Source of the DNA: a virus
Length of the DNA stretch: 64,000 nucleotides
Virus record (IMG/VR): IMGVR_UViG_3300038393_000909
Span: 34,229-98,228 of that record
Reading direction: 5' to 3' (one strand)
This document shows positions 28,375-38,212 of this stretch, piece by piece (the first letter of the stretch is position 1; each line of letters begins with the position of its first letter). The position numbers were made by a program, and so were the translations under genes. Below the pieces are notes generated by a model. That model had not been told where the DNA came from. It searched no databases and saw only the letters and a list, made by a program, of their open reading frames with translations.

Positions 28375-29448
28375 TCAGAACTCCGCGGTGGCCGTCCAGT
28401 TGCAAGCCCACCAGTAATTATAGTTTCCGGAAGCCAACGTGGCGTCAAAGTAAATGCTCTGGTTATTTGCGGCAAACATCCCACCAGCGGTGGGTTGAAC
28501 ACCGTTATTGCCACCGGCAGTGATGCGGCCAGTATTTAGGGCATAGTCACTATACGACATGGTTGGCTGTATACGCATTGCCACCGGAAGAGTTTGCGGT
28601 GCGCCGACATAGCTTCCGGTATAACCATTGGAGCCGTTGTCGCCTCCGATGCCGCCGCGCATATGCCCGGTCGCAAAATACCGCTGGCACCGCAGCAGCT
28701 CGATCTCCCGCGGCACCCGCTCGAAGCCGGGAAACTGATCGCCAAACCCAGGGATCACTTCCTTGACCTCAAGGTCTGCGAACTGAACCGTGAGGGTTTG
28801 CAGGCCGAGACTGTTGGTGCGGGCATTCCAGTTCGAGCCGGCCGATAGCCAGAAATTGACGTTGACCGCGTCGTTGGCTGTGCCGATGATCTTGCCGGCA
28901 ATTGACGGAACGTTCACAACAACCTGAAACGGCGCCCAGGACGCTGTGAGAGCGATGGTTCCGGCATAGGTATCAACTTCAGCAGAACCGGATGTTCCAA
29001 AGGCCTGCGCAAACTCTACGGCAACGTTGCCAGATCCGGAGATGCGACGCGCCATGCCACGCACGACAACTCGCTTTCCAGCGAAGCGCCGCACACCTTC
29101 GATCGCTTGCGAGAGAATGGCGTAATCACCGGCCGAACTTTGGCCAGCGACACCGAACTGACCAAAGAATTGGCTCTCGGACGCGATGTCGCCGATCGCG
29201 AAGGCTTGCCGGCTGTGCGCCATCGAGCCGCTGGTAGCAGTGTAGATCCAGCGGTCAGCTCCGTACCCGCTCCCCGAGAACGACGTGCCGCGCTGCCAGT
29301 GATCGAACGCGCCGTTGATCAGCGCATTCGAGAAGCGGTCGAGGGCGACGTTGCCCCCGTCGAGGCGGCGATACATCTGATCGCCGAGCGGCTTGATCTG
29401 GTCAGCCGTGAACGGGACCGTGGCGGGCTTATAGCCGACGTAAGACAT
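28375..29448 (-). CDS. tail fibre/receptor-binding protein, CQRY family paralog 1
   Basis: MSYVG, LINGAFDHWQRG, ADRW, Q.IEG, ELLRCQRYF, MRIQP. Confidence 0.75.
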   Translation of the reverse strand: MSYVGYKPATVPFTADQIKPLGDQMYRRLDGGNVALDRFSNALINGAFDHWQRGTSFSGSGYGADRWIYTATSGSMAHSRQAFAIGDIASESQFFGQFGVAGQSSAGDYAILSQAIEGVRRFAGKRVVVRGMARRISGSGNVAVEFAQAFGTSGSAEVDTYAGTIALTASWAPFQVVVNVPSIAGKIIGTANDAVNVNFWLSAGSNWNARTNSLGLQTLTVQFADLEVKEVIPGFGDQFPGFERVPREIELLRCQRYFATGHMRGGIGGDNGSNGYTGSYVGAPQTLPVAMRIQPTMSYSDYALNTGRITAGGNNGVQPTAGGMFAANNQSIYFDATLASGNYNYWWACNWTATAEF

Positions 29449-29783
29449 CAGCTCAGCTCCAGCACGCTCATGAGGGCGTCGGCCGTGGCTCCGCCGTTGA
29501 CAACAGCAACGATGTAATCGTTGTACTGAAGGACAACCTTCTGATCACCGCCGACGGCAACAAGAGTTCCAGCAACTGGAAGTGGAGCACCTTTGACCAA
29601 ATAGCTGATAATTGTGTTTCCTACGTTGCCGATATATAGATCCACAGTTCCAGCAACGTTGGACGTATTTGCGACGCTTAAGCCGATGACAGTTCCGGTC
29701 ACGCCAGCAGCAACCGTATATCCGCCGATTCCGACAGCAGTCGTGACGTTGCGGCTTGCGAGCCGCTTGAAAGTCTGGGCCAT
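29448..29783 (-). CDS. small fibre-associated adaptor protein
   Basis: MAQTFK...IGLSVAN...LVK.AP.P.....KVVL. Confidence 0.6.
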   Translation of the reverse strand: MAQTFKRLASRNVTTAVGIGGYTVAAGVTGTVIGLSVANTSNVAGTVDLYIGNVGNTIISYLVKGAPLPVAGTLVAVGGDQKVVLQYNDYIVAVVNGGATADALMSVLELS

Positions 29784-29800
29784 GTTTTATCCTGGAGAGA

Positions 29801-30526
29801 TCAGCCCAGGGCGATGGCCAGGGCGAGCGCGTTGCTGGTGGCGGCGGTGGTCGCGTCGGACTGGGCCTGCGGCACGGCGCTGTTCAGGCTCGCGATGGCG
29901 GCGTTGGCGGCCTGAATCGCGGCCTCCAGTTCGCCAAGCGTGTCGCCTGAGGAATCCGCAGTCCCTGTGAGCTGCGCCTTCAGGCTCGCCAGAGCAGCAT
30001 CGACGTAGGTCTGGAGCGGGTTGAAATCGACAGCGGCCGAGATCGTCCAGTTCGAGACTGTGTCGCCCGCGTTACCCTCGAAGCTGTCGGCTAGGAGCGT
30101 GAGCGTCCCGGTGGTGCGATCGTAGGACTGGGTCTTGCCCGAGATGACCTGGGTCGCGTCCGCGCTGTTGACCGCCGAGATGTAGGCGGCTGCCGCGAAC
30201 ACGGTCCGGTTCGCCTCTGCGATCACGAAGGTCTTGGTGCCAAGCCCGAGTGTGACGCTGGAGGTGGACGTCGTCGTGAAGATGGCGCCGAGCTGGGCGA
30301 TGTTGATCAGCGCGTCGTAGACCGGCTGCATGGCGTCGTTGAGGCGCTGCAGGCCGAACTGGTTCAGGACGTTGATCGCGTCCGTGTAGGAGACGTTCAA
30401 GCCCTCGATGGCCCGAACCCGCAGGTCCAGGCTCGCGAAGGCTTTGTTCAGCCACGCCGAGGTGAAGTCGTCGGTGTCGTTGAAGACCAGGACCGACGGA
30501 GTCGAGGTGGAGACGCCCGCGCTCAT
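29801..30526 (-). CDS. tail fibre stalk-like protein
   Basis: STSS.TLG.GTKTF, YD..TG.L, DTLGEL, C-terminal ALALAIALG. Confidence 0.6.
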   Translation of the reverse strand: MSAGVSTSTPSVLVFNDTDDFTSAWLNKAFASLDLRVRAIEGLNVSYTDAINVLNQFGLQRLNDAMQPVYDALINIAQLGAIFTTTSTSSVTLGLGTKTFVIAEANRTVFAAAAYISAVNSADATQVISGKTQSYDRTTGTLTLLADSFEGNAGDTVSNWTISAAVDFNPLQTYVDAALASLKAQLTGTADSSGDTLGELEAAIQAANAAIASLNSAVPQAQSDATTAATSNALALAIALG

Positions 30527-30529
30527 GGT

Positions 30530-30736
30530 TTAGGCCTTGAGCTGGGTCTTCTCCACGACCGCGTCACCGAGGGCGTCGAGGGTGGCCTGATCGACGACGT
30601 GCTTGATGCCGGGCTTGTACGTGAACCCGTACAGGTCCTTGCGCGATTCGAGCACGACTTCGAAGTAGACAGCGGCCGGGGCGGAGGTGGCGGCAGCCGC
30701 GATTGCGGCTGCCTTCGATTCTTGAGCTACGGGCAT
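30530..30736 (-). CDS. hypothetical protein
   Basis: SD GAGG, typical codon usage. Confidence 0.55.
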   Translation of the reverse strand: MPVAQESKAAAIAAAATSAPAAVYFEVVLESRKDLYGFTYKPGIKHVVDQATLDALGDAVVEKTQLKA

Positions 30737-30746
30737 GATGGCCTCA

Positions 30747-30766
30747 CATTTGCAATAATGCTAACG
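30747..30766. promoter_or_regulatory. 20-bp palindromic site
   Basis: CATTTGCAATAATGCTAACG. Confidence 0.65.
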
Positions 30767-30771
30767 CTCAA

Positions 30772-33099
30772 TCAAAGTTCGTAGTCTTTGCTGAACGCGA
30801 CGTGGAACTGCTTGAGATTGGTCGAGGTGTTCAGGTCCGTCTCGATGACGAAGCTCGTCACAGCCGCTCCGAGATTGAACACGTAAGTGCGCTCGATGTA
30901 CTTGCCAGCCACGGGATCAGTACCGGCGACATCGGTGTAGCTCGAAGGGTTCACCACCGTGGTGTAGCTCGAAGACGAGCCCTGCGCTGTCGCGTAGACA
31001 CCGCCCGTACGCAGCTTGATCGTGGCCGTGTGGTAAACGCTATCCCAGTTCTCGTAGCGCTGGATCACGCGGATCTGCGAGGTCGATGGGACCTGCACCG
31101 GCAGAGTGAACGCCTTGGCGACCACATCCGGCCGGGTGACCTTGACGACGCTGCCCGAGAGCATGACCGCCGGCATCATGTCGGACGAGCCCACGAAGGT
31201 GACACGCAGCGGCAGCAGCGGCAGAACCGCACCACCCTGGCCGAGCGTGTACTCAGTCACGTCGGAGAGCGCGTACCAATTGCCGTTGACCTGGATCTCG
31301 TAGGACAGAGTGCAGTTGCTCGGAACCCAGGTCTGAGCATAGACCTGAATACCCAGGATACCACCGTTCAAGGAGAGCGGGTTCAGCTGGATCGACGTAC
31401 GGTTCGACTTCGGAACCGCACGGTACAGGTTCATCTGCAGGTCCTTGGTGCCATCGCCCTGAGCGTAAGCACCATCGAGGATGTAGAAGAACGTGCCGCT
31501 CGTGAACGACTCACCGGGAACCGTGGCGACCCAGTGGTCAGCCGCCGTGACGATCGCGACCGCGTAGCGCTTGCCGGCCTGGAGGAAGGTCGGGGTGATC
31601 GAGACCACCGTCTCCTTGGGCGCGATCTGCATCGAGGCGCGCGGCAGGCTGGTCACCGAGATCGCCGAGGTCATGTCCGGCAGGCCGGTGGCGTTGGACA
31701 CCTCGAGGATAGCGATCGTCGCGTCACCCGTGTCGGCGAGCTGCGTGAAGTACAGGCCGACCGCATCCAGCCAGATGTCCTGACCCTGAAGGAAGCTCTC
31801 CGCGATGAACGCGCCGTTGACGTTGTGCGTCGTGGTGACCGTGTCCCAGTATGGAACCGTCACGCTGTCCGTCCAGAACTGCTGCAGGCGAACCGGGGTG
31901 TGCATATAGCCGTCGCCCGAGTAGAGGTACGGCAGGCCGTTCAGGTCGAGAGCAGCGTTAAAGGTCGCGCCACCCGGAGCCGTGAAGATGCCGGTGATCG
32001 GGTTGTAGGTGCCGCTCTGCCAGAACGCGCTGTTCGTGCAGACATCGAACGCCGCGCCGTACTGCGTGACCTGCTGCGTCATCGTCTTCTGGACGAGCGC
32101 GTTGGTCTGGTACGAGTAGCCGGAGATGCGTACCTGATCGGACTGCGAGCCGGTCGAGAGCCAGAGCTTGCGGGTGTAGGACGGCAGCAGCAGGCCGCTG
32201 GTGTCGAGATGGGCGTTGACGTCGAGCGGGTTGAACAGCGCCAGCTGCGACTGGTTGGCGTTCGCCAGCGGGAACCGGATGCCTTCGTTCTGTGTGCAGC
32301 TCGACAGCGGATTGGCCAGATCGAGCTTCGAGGCGTCAAGGAAGTAGTCGGCGTGCGAGCTGACGTTGGTCGACGGGATGCCGTTCTTCGACTCAAGGGC
32401 TGCGACGCGCACGAGCAGCTGGCCCAGGACCTGGGTCGAGACCTGACCGTTGAGCTTCTGCGACAGCGATGCAAGGTCGGAGCTGAGGGTCGTGACCTTC
32501 GGGCCAATCTGGCCTTCGAACTCCTCAAGGTCGTCGAGGCGGTTGTCGACGCCATCGAGGCTCGTGACCGCGTTGTCTGAGCGCATCGTGATCGTCGAGA
32601 CGCCGGTCGGGGTCAGCAGGATGTCGGCGATGGCGGTGTAGCCAGCGGAGATGATCGGAGCGACGGGCGAGGGAGCCTCAACGCCATAGGCGAAGCTCAC
32701 GTTGCAGACGCGGGCATGACGGGTGGCAACCGGCTTCGGCTGCGACTGCCCCGTAGTCTCGTTGATCAAGAACTCGCGCGGGGTGACGTCGGTGTCGACC
32801 TCGGTGCCGTAGGCGACGACCGTCACGATCTTATTGCCAGCCACGGGCAGGTTCGAGAGGAAGTCCTGCGTGGTCACGGACCCGTAGGCGTAGACCTTGC
32901 CGTTCGAGTACAGGCGCCCGATGTCGATACCAACCGACGTAGCTGCCGTCTTGGTGACGGTCAGGCCGGCGTAGCGCTGGTTCGAGCTGACCGCGTCGGC
33001 CACCAGCGTGTCGATGGAGGTCTGCGCGTAGGTCTGAAGGTTGTTGAAATCGGACGGATCGACGTCCTGCCCGTCGTTGAAGATGACTTTGTTCTGCAT
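30772..33099 (-). CDS. large baseplate/tail structural protein
   Basis: Follows gpI; beta-rich; DFNNLQ N-terminus. Confidence 0.7.
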   Translation of the reverse strand: MQNKVIFNDGQDVDPSDFNNLQTYAQTSIDTLVADAVSSNQRYAGLTVTKTAATSVGIDIGRLYSNGKVYAYGSVTTQDFLSNLPVAGNKIVTVVAYGTEVDTDVTPREFLINETTGQSQPKPVATRHARVCNVSFAYGVEAPSPVAPIISAGYTAIADILLTPTGVSTITMRSDNAVTSLDGVDNRLDDLEEFEGQIGPKVTTLSSDLASLSQKLNGQVSTQVLGQLLVRVAALESKNGIPSTNVSSHADYFLDASKLDLANPLSSCTQNEGIRFPLANANQSQLALFNPLDVNAHLDTSGLLLPSYTRKLWLSTGSQSDQVRISGYSYQTNALVQKTMTQQVTQYGAAFDVCTNSAFWQSGTYNPITGIFTAPGGATFNAALDLNGLPYLYSGDGYMHTPVRLQQFWTDSVTVPYWDTVTTTHNVNGAFIAESFLQGQDIWLDAVGLYFTQLADTGDATIAILEVSNATGLPDMTSAISVTSLPRASMQIAPKETVVSITPTFLQAGKRYAVAIVTAADHWVATVPGESFTSGTFFYILDGAYAQGDGTKDLQMNLYRAVPKSNRTSIQLNPLSLNGGILGIQVYAQTWVPSNCTLSYEIQVNGNWYALSDVTEYTLGQGGAVLPLLPLRVTFVGSSDMMPAVMLSGSVVKVTRPDVVAKAFTLPVQVPSTSQIRVIQRYENWDSVYHTATIKLRTGGVYATAQGSSSSYTTVVNPSSYTDVAGTDPVAGKYIERTYVFNLGAAVTSFVIETDLNTSTNLKQFHVAFSKDYEL

Positions 33100-33106
33100 C
33101 GGGTCC

Positions 33107-34420
33107 TCAGGTCCGTCTGATCTGCTGGCCGAGCTTGAAGCTTCCGAGCTTCAGCCCGTCTCCGAGTGTGACGGTCGCGTAGATTTCGGTGTCGACCAGG
33201 ATCGTGTCGCGCAGGGACTTGCCCTGGCTGATCGCGGTCAGGCTGTTGTTCAGCGCGGTGAAGTCGGTCTGCTTGATGAAGCCGGTCAGGAACTGACCGC
33301 GCCCAACACCGAAGCGCCACCGCGGACGATTCATCGGGACTTCGACGCGCAACTCCGCGTGGAATGGCTTGACCCCGAAGCGCGAGTAGCCGCGCCCCAT
33401 GAAGGACCGGCCAGGGTTGAGGTTGATCTGGACGCTCGGGTCGACGATGCCGAACTGGTCGTAGATCAGCCTGTCGGCGATGCTCGACTCCATGAACGCC
33501 GTCGCTTGCCCGAAGAAGTTGCGGCCCATGAAGGCGCGCCCCTTGGGAGCTTGACGCTGCTCGTAGACCCGCTGGGGCCGGACGTCCTGCAGCTCGCCGC
33601 CTGAGAGCGCCGCGAACTGGAGCGGGGCCACATCGGAGACCCGCACCGTCACGGTGTTGGCCGGTCCGCGCGAGACCTGCATGAAGCCGTGGTTGAAGAA
33701 GCCGTGGCCCAGGAACAGGCGCTTCGAGGCGCCGTAATCGATCGTGATCCGCTCGGCCGTGTTGGTGCCGTTGAGCGTGACCTGATCCAGGATGGCCGGA
33801 GTCTCGATGCCATCCTTGGTCTGGATCGTGGCGCGGCGTCCGTAGAGGAGCGGCCCGGCGCTGGTCTGCATCCAGCTGGCTGGTGACGGATCCGGTTGAC
33901 CCTGATCGTCCGGCGTGACCCGCATGAAGGCGCTGTAGCCGGCAGGCCCGCGCATGAACTTACGCTTGGCTGGCGGTATGCGCGTATTCCAGAACGGGTA
34001 GATGCGGATCTGCGGGAGCGAAGCCACATAGGCGGCGCGCTGATCGTCCGTCAGAGCCTGGACGGCGAACACCCTGGAGGGCGGCACCCAGATCTTGTCG
34101 ATCGAGCTGCCGACGTAGCCGAGGTATTTCTCGATGGTGTAGCGCGTGCCCTTGCGCTTCTGATCCATCAACGCGTTGGCGACGACGATCCGCTTCTGGG
34201 CTTCCGGCCAGGATGGATCCCAGATGTCGACGCTGAGTGCCCAGGCGAGGTAAGGCAGATCCGCGATATCGCAGGTCGCCGGGTTCCACAGGCGCCGGAT
34301 CCGATCGACGTCGAGGTCGAGCATCCGGTCGGTGCCGACTTTGGCCAGCGTGCGGATATAGGTCGAGGCGTTGTCCGGCAGGATGTGATCCATCGGACGC
34401 GCGGCGAAGGTGGTGGCCAT
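33107..34420 (-). CDS. baseplate wedge protein, P2 gpI-like with extension
   Basis: LP.NA, LWNP.TC...LPYLAWALSVD.W...W....KR, KGT. Confidence 0.88.
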   Translation of the reverse strand: MATTFAARPMDHILPDNASTYIRTLAKVGTDRMLDLDVDRIRRLWNPATCDIADLPYLAWALSVDIWDPSWPEAQKRIVVANALMDQKRKGTRYTIEKYLGYVGSSIDKIWVPPSRVFAVQALTDDQRAAYVASLPQIRIYPFWNTRIPPAKRKFMRGPAGYSAFMRVTPDDQGQPDPSPASWMQTSAGPLLYGRRATIQTKDGIETPAILDQVTLNGTNTAERITIDYGASKRLFLGHGFFNHGFMQVSRGPANTVTVRVSDVAPLQFAALSGGELQDVRPQRVYEQRQAPKGRAFMGRNFFGQATAFMESSIADRLIYDQFGIVDPSVQINLNPGRSFMGRGYSRFGVKPFHAELRVEVPMNRPRWRFGVGRGQFLTGFIKQTDFTALNNSLTAISQGKSLRDTILVDTEIYATVTLGDGLKLGSFKLGQQIRRT

Positions 34421-34424
34421 CGCC

Positions 34425-35336
34425 CTACTCCGCCCTGAGGATGGCAGGCGTCACGGTAGCCGACTGGATCCACACGCAGCTCAGATCATCTGCGACGATG
34501 TCGGTGGCCGGCGAGATCAGGTCGACGTTCTGGACGCCCTCCTGATTGCAGGCCGCGATGATCGAGGACCGGGTCAGGTCACGACCGATGAGCGCGATGC
34601 GGGAGCGCAGGGCGGTCAGGGCCTTGGCGATGTTGTTGAGGATCGTGGTCGCGTCCGGCCCCGGATACAGGGTGACGGTTGTCTCGATGTTTGTGGGTAT
34701 GACTGACACCCCGACCACGCTGACATCGTCCGTGAGCGGCTTGATATGCGGGTCGGTGAGCTGTGCGGTCGCGTTGGCGATCTGGCTCGGCGTGGCCGTC
34801 GGGTCGGAGCCCGAGTTCATGATCGACACCAGAACGCGGCCGGGACTCGGAACCGATGGGCGGGCGTCGCGGATCGTCAGGTCGGAGGACAGGGCCTGGA
34901 ACGTGTAGGCACCACCGGAGCCGGCGGTCGTGAACGCTTCGGGCGCCATTTGAACTCGCAAACGGAAGCGGTCGTCGGTCTCGTAGGTGGTGATCGTCTG
35001 GTTCTGCGAATCGACCGTCGTGACCGACATGCGCTCGACGTTGAACAGGGCACCGAGGTTGTCGAGATCGTCCTTGGTGGCGAAGGCCAGCATGCAGGCG
35101 CGGGCCGCCGCATTGACCCTGGCGCGCACGAGCATCTCGCCGTAGGCTTCCGCCTCGAGGATGATGTTGGTCGGCGACTGCTCAAGGTCGAGCGCGGCAG
35201 CGAGGTTCGGATTGGCTGCGAGAACCTGAGACTTGTAGGTCGCGAGCAACGTCTCGTAATCGATCGTCTCGACGACGTCAGGCTGTGGCAGCTGGGAGAA
35301 GTCAATATAAAGACTTGGGCTCTGGTAAAACGGCAT
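34425..35336 (-). CDS. baseplate J-like protein
   Basis: IDFSQLP.P.VVE.IDYE, RVN.AA, DLDNLGA, AGS..AY, PLTD.V. Confidence 0.92.
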   Translation of the reverse strand: MPFYQSPSLYIDFSQLPQPDVVETIDYETLLATYKSQVLAANPNLAAALDLEQSPTNIILEAEAYGEMLVRARVNAAARACMLAFATKDDLDNLGALFNVERMSVTTVDSQNQTITTYETDDRFRLRVQMAPEAFTTAGSGGAYTFQALSSDLTIRDARPSVPSPGRVLVSIMNSGSDPTATPSQIANATAQLTDPHIKPLTDDVSVVGVSVIPTNIETTVTLYPGPDATTILNNIAKALTALRSRIALIGRDLTRSSIIAACNQEGVQNVDLISPATDIVADDLSCVWIQSATVTPAILRAE

Positions 35337-35354
35337 GGCGCCCTCAGCGAATGG

Positions 35355-35714
35355 TTAGAGCGTTGCCGTGAGCTGCCGGTTGGCCTGATCGACGAGGTCG
35401 GTACCCCCGATGGTGAACTGGATCGAACCATCGCTCGAAGCCGAGTCGACGGTGAGCGTGGTCACCTTGAATTCTGGCTCGTACTGGTTGATCGCTTCGA
35501 CGGCGGCGATGATGCCCTGAACCATGGTTTCCATGTTCATGGGCTTGTCGAGCATGTCCCGGAAGGACGAGCCCCACCACTCACGCATCAGCCGGGTGCC
35601 GATCGGTGTGGTGAGGATCGTGATGATGCTCTTGGAGATGCGGGCCCAGCCCTGGACGTAGGCACCGGTATCCGGGTCGATGTCGACGAGGTGCTGGTAA
35701 GAGAGCTGCGCCAT
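35355..35714 (-). CDS. baseplate gpW/gp25-like protein
   Basis: SI..ILTTPIGTR.MR..WGS, YEP; real start MAQLSY at 35714. Confidence 0.85.
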   Translation of the reverse strand: MAQLSYQHLVDIDPDTGAYVQGWARISKSIITILTTPIGTRLMREWWGSSFRDMLDKPMNMETMVQGIIAAVEAINQYEPEFKVTTLTVDSASSDGSIQFTIGGTDLVDQANRQLTATL

Positions 35715-35719
35715 AGCGC

Positions 35720-36004
35720 TTAGGCGTCGGTCTTGGTGTCGGCCTTGGCGTCGTCCTTGGGAGCCGGGGCAGCCTTCTTGGGCTCGGCCTTGGCTTCGAC
35801 CTTGGCGACGACGGGCTCGACCTTGGCGACGACCGGCTCCTCGTAGGCCTTCAGTCGACCAGCCAGGAGATGGTACTTGGCCTCCACGTCGGAGAGCATC
35901 ACCTTGGCGCCGACCTCGAGGCGCTGCAGGTTGTGCCAGAACTCGGCGACGACGGTGTAGGGGGCGCGCACGACGGCGACCGCGCTCTTGGTGAAACGCG
36001 ACAT
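35720..36004 (-). CDS. hypothetical protein with Lys/Ala-rich tail
   Basis: AKYHLLAG motif shared with N-terminus of 49906-52851. Confidence 0.6.
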   Translation of the reverse strand: MSRFTKSAVAVVRAPYTVVAEFWHNLQRLEVGAKVMLSDVEAKYHLLAGRLKAYEEPVVAKVEPVVAKVEAKAEPKKAAPAPKDDAKADTKTDA

Positions 36005-36036
36005 GGGATTCTCGCTGTTCGAATTGTTGGGAGCCG

Positions 36037-36861
36037 CTAGCCACCCTGATCAGAGGGCGGAGCCGATACGGGATCCGGCGTCTGCTGGGCGGTGATCGCT
36101 GCCTGGATCTGCGCGACGAATTGCGGCTGGATGAGCATGTTGGCGATCGGGGCGAACTCGGCCGGACCGGATGCGATCAGCGAGACGATGCCCGAGGCAT
36201 GTGCCATGTCGACGACGGCGTTCTGAACGGTCGTGAAGGCGTTGGTATGTGCGCTGAGCACACCGTTGATCGTGCCGGTCATGCCGGTGATCTGCGAGAT
36301 CGCCGAGTTGACGTCGAAGGAACTGCCCGAGACCGCCGAAGCGATGTTGGAGACCTGAGACAGCATCCCGGAGAGCTGACCGCCCATCAGGACCGGGCCC
36401 ATCGCCTGAGCGATGCCGAGGCCTGCCGGTAGGTTCGAGCCCAGCATCGAGACGATGTTGGCGTGGCCGATCGCGTCCATCAATCCGAAAGCCCCTGCCC
36501 CTGGCTGGGTCAAACCGGAGAGCGCGCTCGAGACCTGTGAGAGATTGCCGAGGGCCGACTGCAGTCCCCCTGCCCCGGTGACAGCCGAGAGCAGGCCGGA
36601 CATCCCGGACATGCCGGTGAGCGACGAGGCGAGGTTCCCGACCTGCGACTGCATCGAGCCCAGGACCGAACCGATCGGGTTCTGCAGCAGCGCACCTGGG
36701 CCGTTCTGCATCACCTGGGACAGGATCCCGCCCATGTCGCCGGGGATCATGGACTTGGCCGCGCGCAGGTTCTCGATGATCGTCTTGGCACCGGCCGGCT
36801 GGACGGGCACGCCGCCGACGACCGACATGATCGCCTGGGGAAGCGTGATATAGCCAGCCAT
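36037..36861 (-). CDS. Gly/Ser/Ala-rich amphipathic protein of baseplate cluster
   Basis: Packed between gpV and gpW; very low charge. Confidence 0.65.
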   Translation of the reverse strand: MAGYITLPQAIMSVVGGVPVQPAGAKTIIENLRAAKSMIPGDMGGILSQVMQNGPGALLQNPIGSVLGSMQSQVGNLASSLTGMSGMSGLLSAVTGAGGLQSALGNLSQVSSALSGLTQPGAGAFGLMDAIGHANIVSMLGSNLPAGLGIAQAMGPVLMGGQLSGMLSQVSNIASAVSGSSFDVNSAISQITGMTGTINGVLSAHTNAFTTVQNAVVDMAHASGIVSLIASGPAEFAPIANMLIQPQFVAQIQAAITAQQTPDPVSAPPSDQGG

Positions 36862-36869
36862 GGTTTAAC

Positions 36870-37586
36870 CTAACCGCAGTTGATCATCACCTTGCCGCCC
36901 AGCGCGTAATTGGCCGAGGTGATCGTGGTGTTCTGAGCCTGGACCGTCCGGGTCTGCGTCGTCGTGGTGTGCGACTCGCTGGCCGTGACCGTGACCTTGC
37001 CGGTGTCGACCGAGTGCGTCTTGGACTTGACCTTGTGGTCGTCGGTCGTATGCGCGATCGTATCCTTGGTGATCTGGTGACTCGAGTCGCCGATCGAGGT
37101 GGTCGCGCCGTCCTTCGTCCAGACGTGGTCGAGGATCTGGTTCTTGTCCTGACCCTCCTGCCCGTCCTTCGTCTCCTTCTCGACCCGCCAGTGGATCTGA
37201 TCGGGATCGCCGGCCGGAGAGGGATTCTTCGGGCTGAAGGTGAAGGGATGGACCGAGCCCATCTCGGGGTAGCCGTTGGGCGCCAGCATCATGACCTTCT
37301 GGCCCTTACGCGGCGGGCAGCTGATCTTGATGGTCGCGTTGGAGAAACCGCCCCACGGTACCCAGTCTGGCGTCGACCATGTCAGGTTCTGACCGCTCGT
37401 GCCGGTCGAAGTCGAGCCGGAACCTTCCGCCATCTTCTCGGCGTCGGGGCCGTCGGCCATCTTCACGTACCAGCGCTTCTTCTCGCTGTCGTACTTGGTG
37501 TCGGTCACATCCCCGAACCGGTGGAGGTTCTCCAGTCGCCGCTCCAGCTCCTGCAAGCGGCGCTCGATGGCGAAGAGGTTTCTCAC
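36870..37586 (-). CDS. baseplate spike, gpV-like
   Basis: ERRLEN..RFG.V, DWVPW, PP.KGQ.V.....P.G; beta-helix C-terminus. Confidence 0.8.
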   Translation of the reverse strand: MRNLFAIERRLQELERRLENLHRFGDVTDTKYDSEKKRWYVKMADGPDAEKMAEGSGSTSTGTSGQNLTWSTPDWVPWGGFSNATIKISCPPRKGQKVMMLAPNGYPEMGSVHPFTFSPKNPSPAGDPDQIHWRVEKETKDGQEGQDKNQILDHVWTKDGATTSIGDSSHQITKDTIAHTTDDHKVKSKTHSVDTGKVTVTASESHTTTTQTRTVQAQNTTITSANYALGGKVMINCG

Positions 37587-38212
37587 GGTTTGTTATCCCA
37601 GGGATAGTTGTGCGTGGTCTGGCTGGCGGGATCCATCAGCGGGACCTGCTCGGTCGTGGAGGTTTCTCCGGTGACCGTGTGGATCTTGCCCTCGCCCGTG
37701 ACCTGACGCGGCGTCTGCGTGATGGTCTGGCCCGTGTTCGGGTCCGTGTAGAACATCCGCTGGCGCGAGCGGTTGATGCCGAGCGTCATGGTCTGGACCC
37801 ATTCGACGACGCCGAGCGCCACACCCTGACGGCGCAGCTCGGGCTCCAGGAGCCGTTCGAACTTGAGGTCGGTGGCGAGCGCCGAGTTCGGGTTGCCGAA
37901 CGCGTTCAGGTTCACCAGGACGACGACCTTCTCCATGATCGCCCAGAGTTTCTCGTCGGCGTCACGCGGGCTGTGCTCGTCCTCGACGATGATCGTGGCG
38001 AGGCAGTTCATCGGGCAGTGTAGCTCGCCGGTCGAGAGGTGATAGCCGGGCACGCGCTTGACCGCCACGAAGCAGGCAGGCGCGTCGACCACCCAGGCGT
38101 TGACGTCCTTCTCATCGAAGAGACCGTCATACCAGTCGACCTGATTCAGTTCCGGCACACCGTCCCGGATCGCGTCCATGATCTGGGTGCGAAGCTCAAC
38201 GATCCTGCTCAT
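37583..38212 (-). CDS. tail terminator/neck protein (Mu gp37-like)
   Basis: V..YDG.F, APA.FVA, VEW.Q; position. Confidence 0.6.
   Translation of the reverse strand: MSRIVELRTQIMDAIRDGVPELNQVDWYDGLFDEKDVNAWVVDAPACFVAVKRVPGYHLSTGELHCPMNCLATIIVEDEHSPRDADEKLWAIMEKVVVLVNLNAFGNPNSALATDLKFERLLEPELRRQGVALGVVEWVQTMTLGINRSRQRMFYTDPNTGQTITQTPRQVTGEGKIHTVTGETSTTEQVPLMDPASQTTHNYPWDNKP

Noticed and set aside
26002-29448. Diversity-generating retroelement targets
   Set aside because: No reverse transcriptase in the window and no near-identical template/variable repeat pair differing at adenines was seen. A DGR elsewhere in the genome cannot be excluded.
24063-32580. Long + strand ORFs (24063-25454, 30802-32580 and similar)
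   Set aside because: Antisense shadows of high-GC3 structural genes on the minus strand.
35355-36044. 229-aa form of gpW
   Set aside because: The upstream part overlaps the real 35720-36004 gene; gpW homology begins at 35714.
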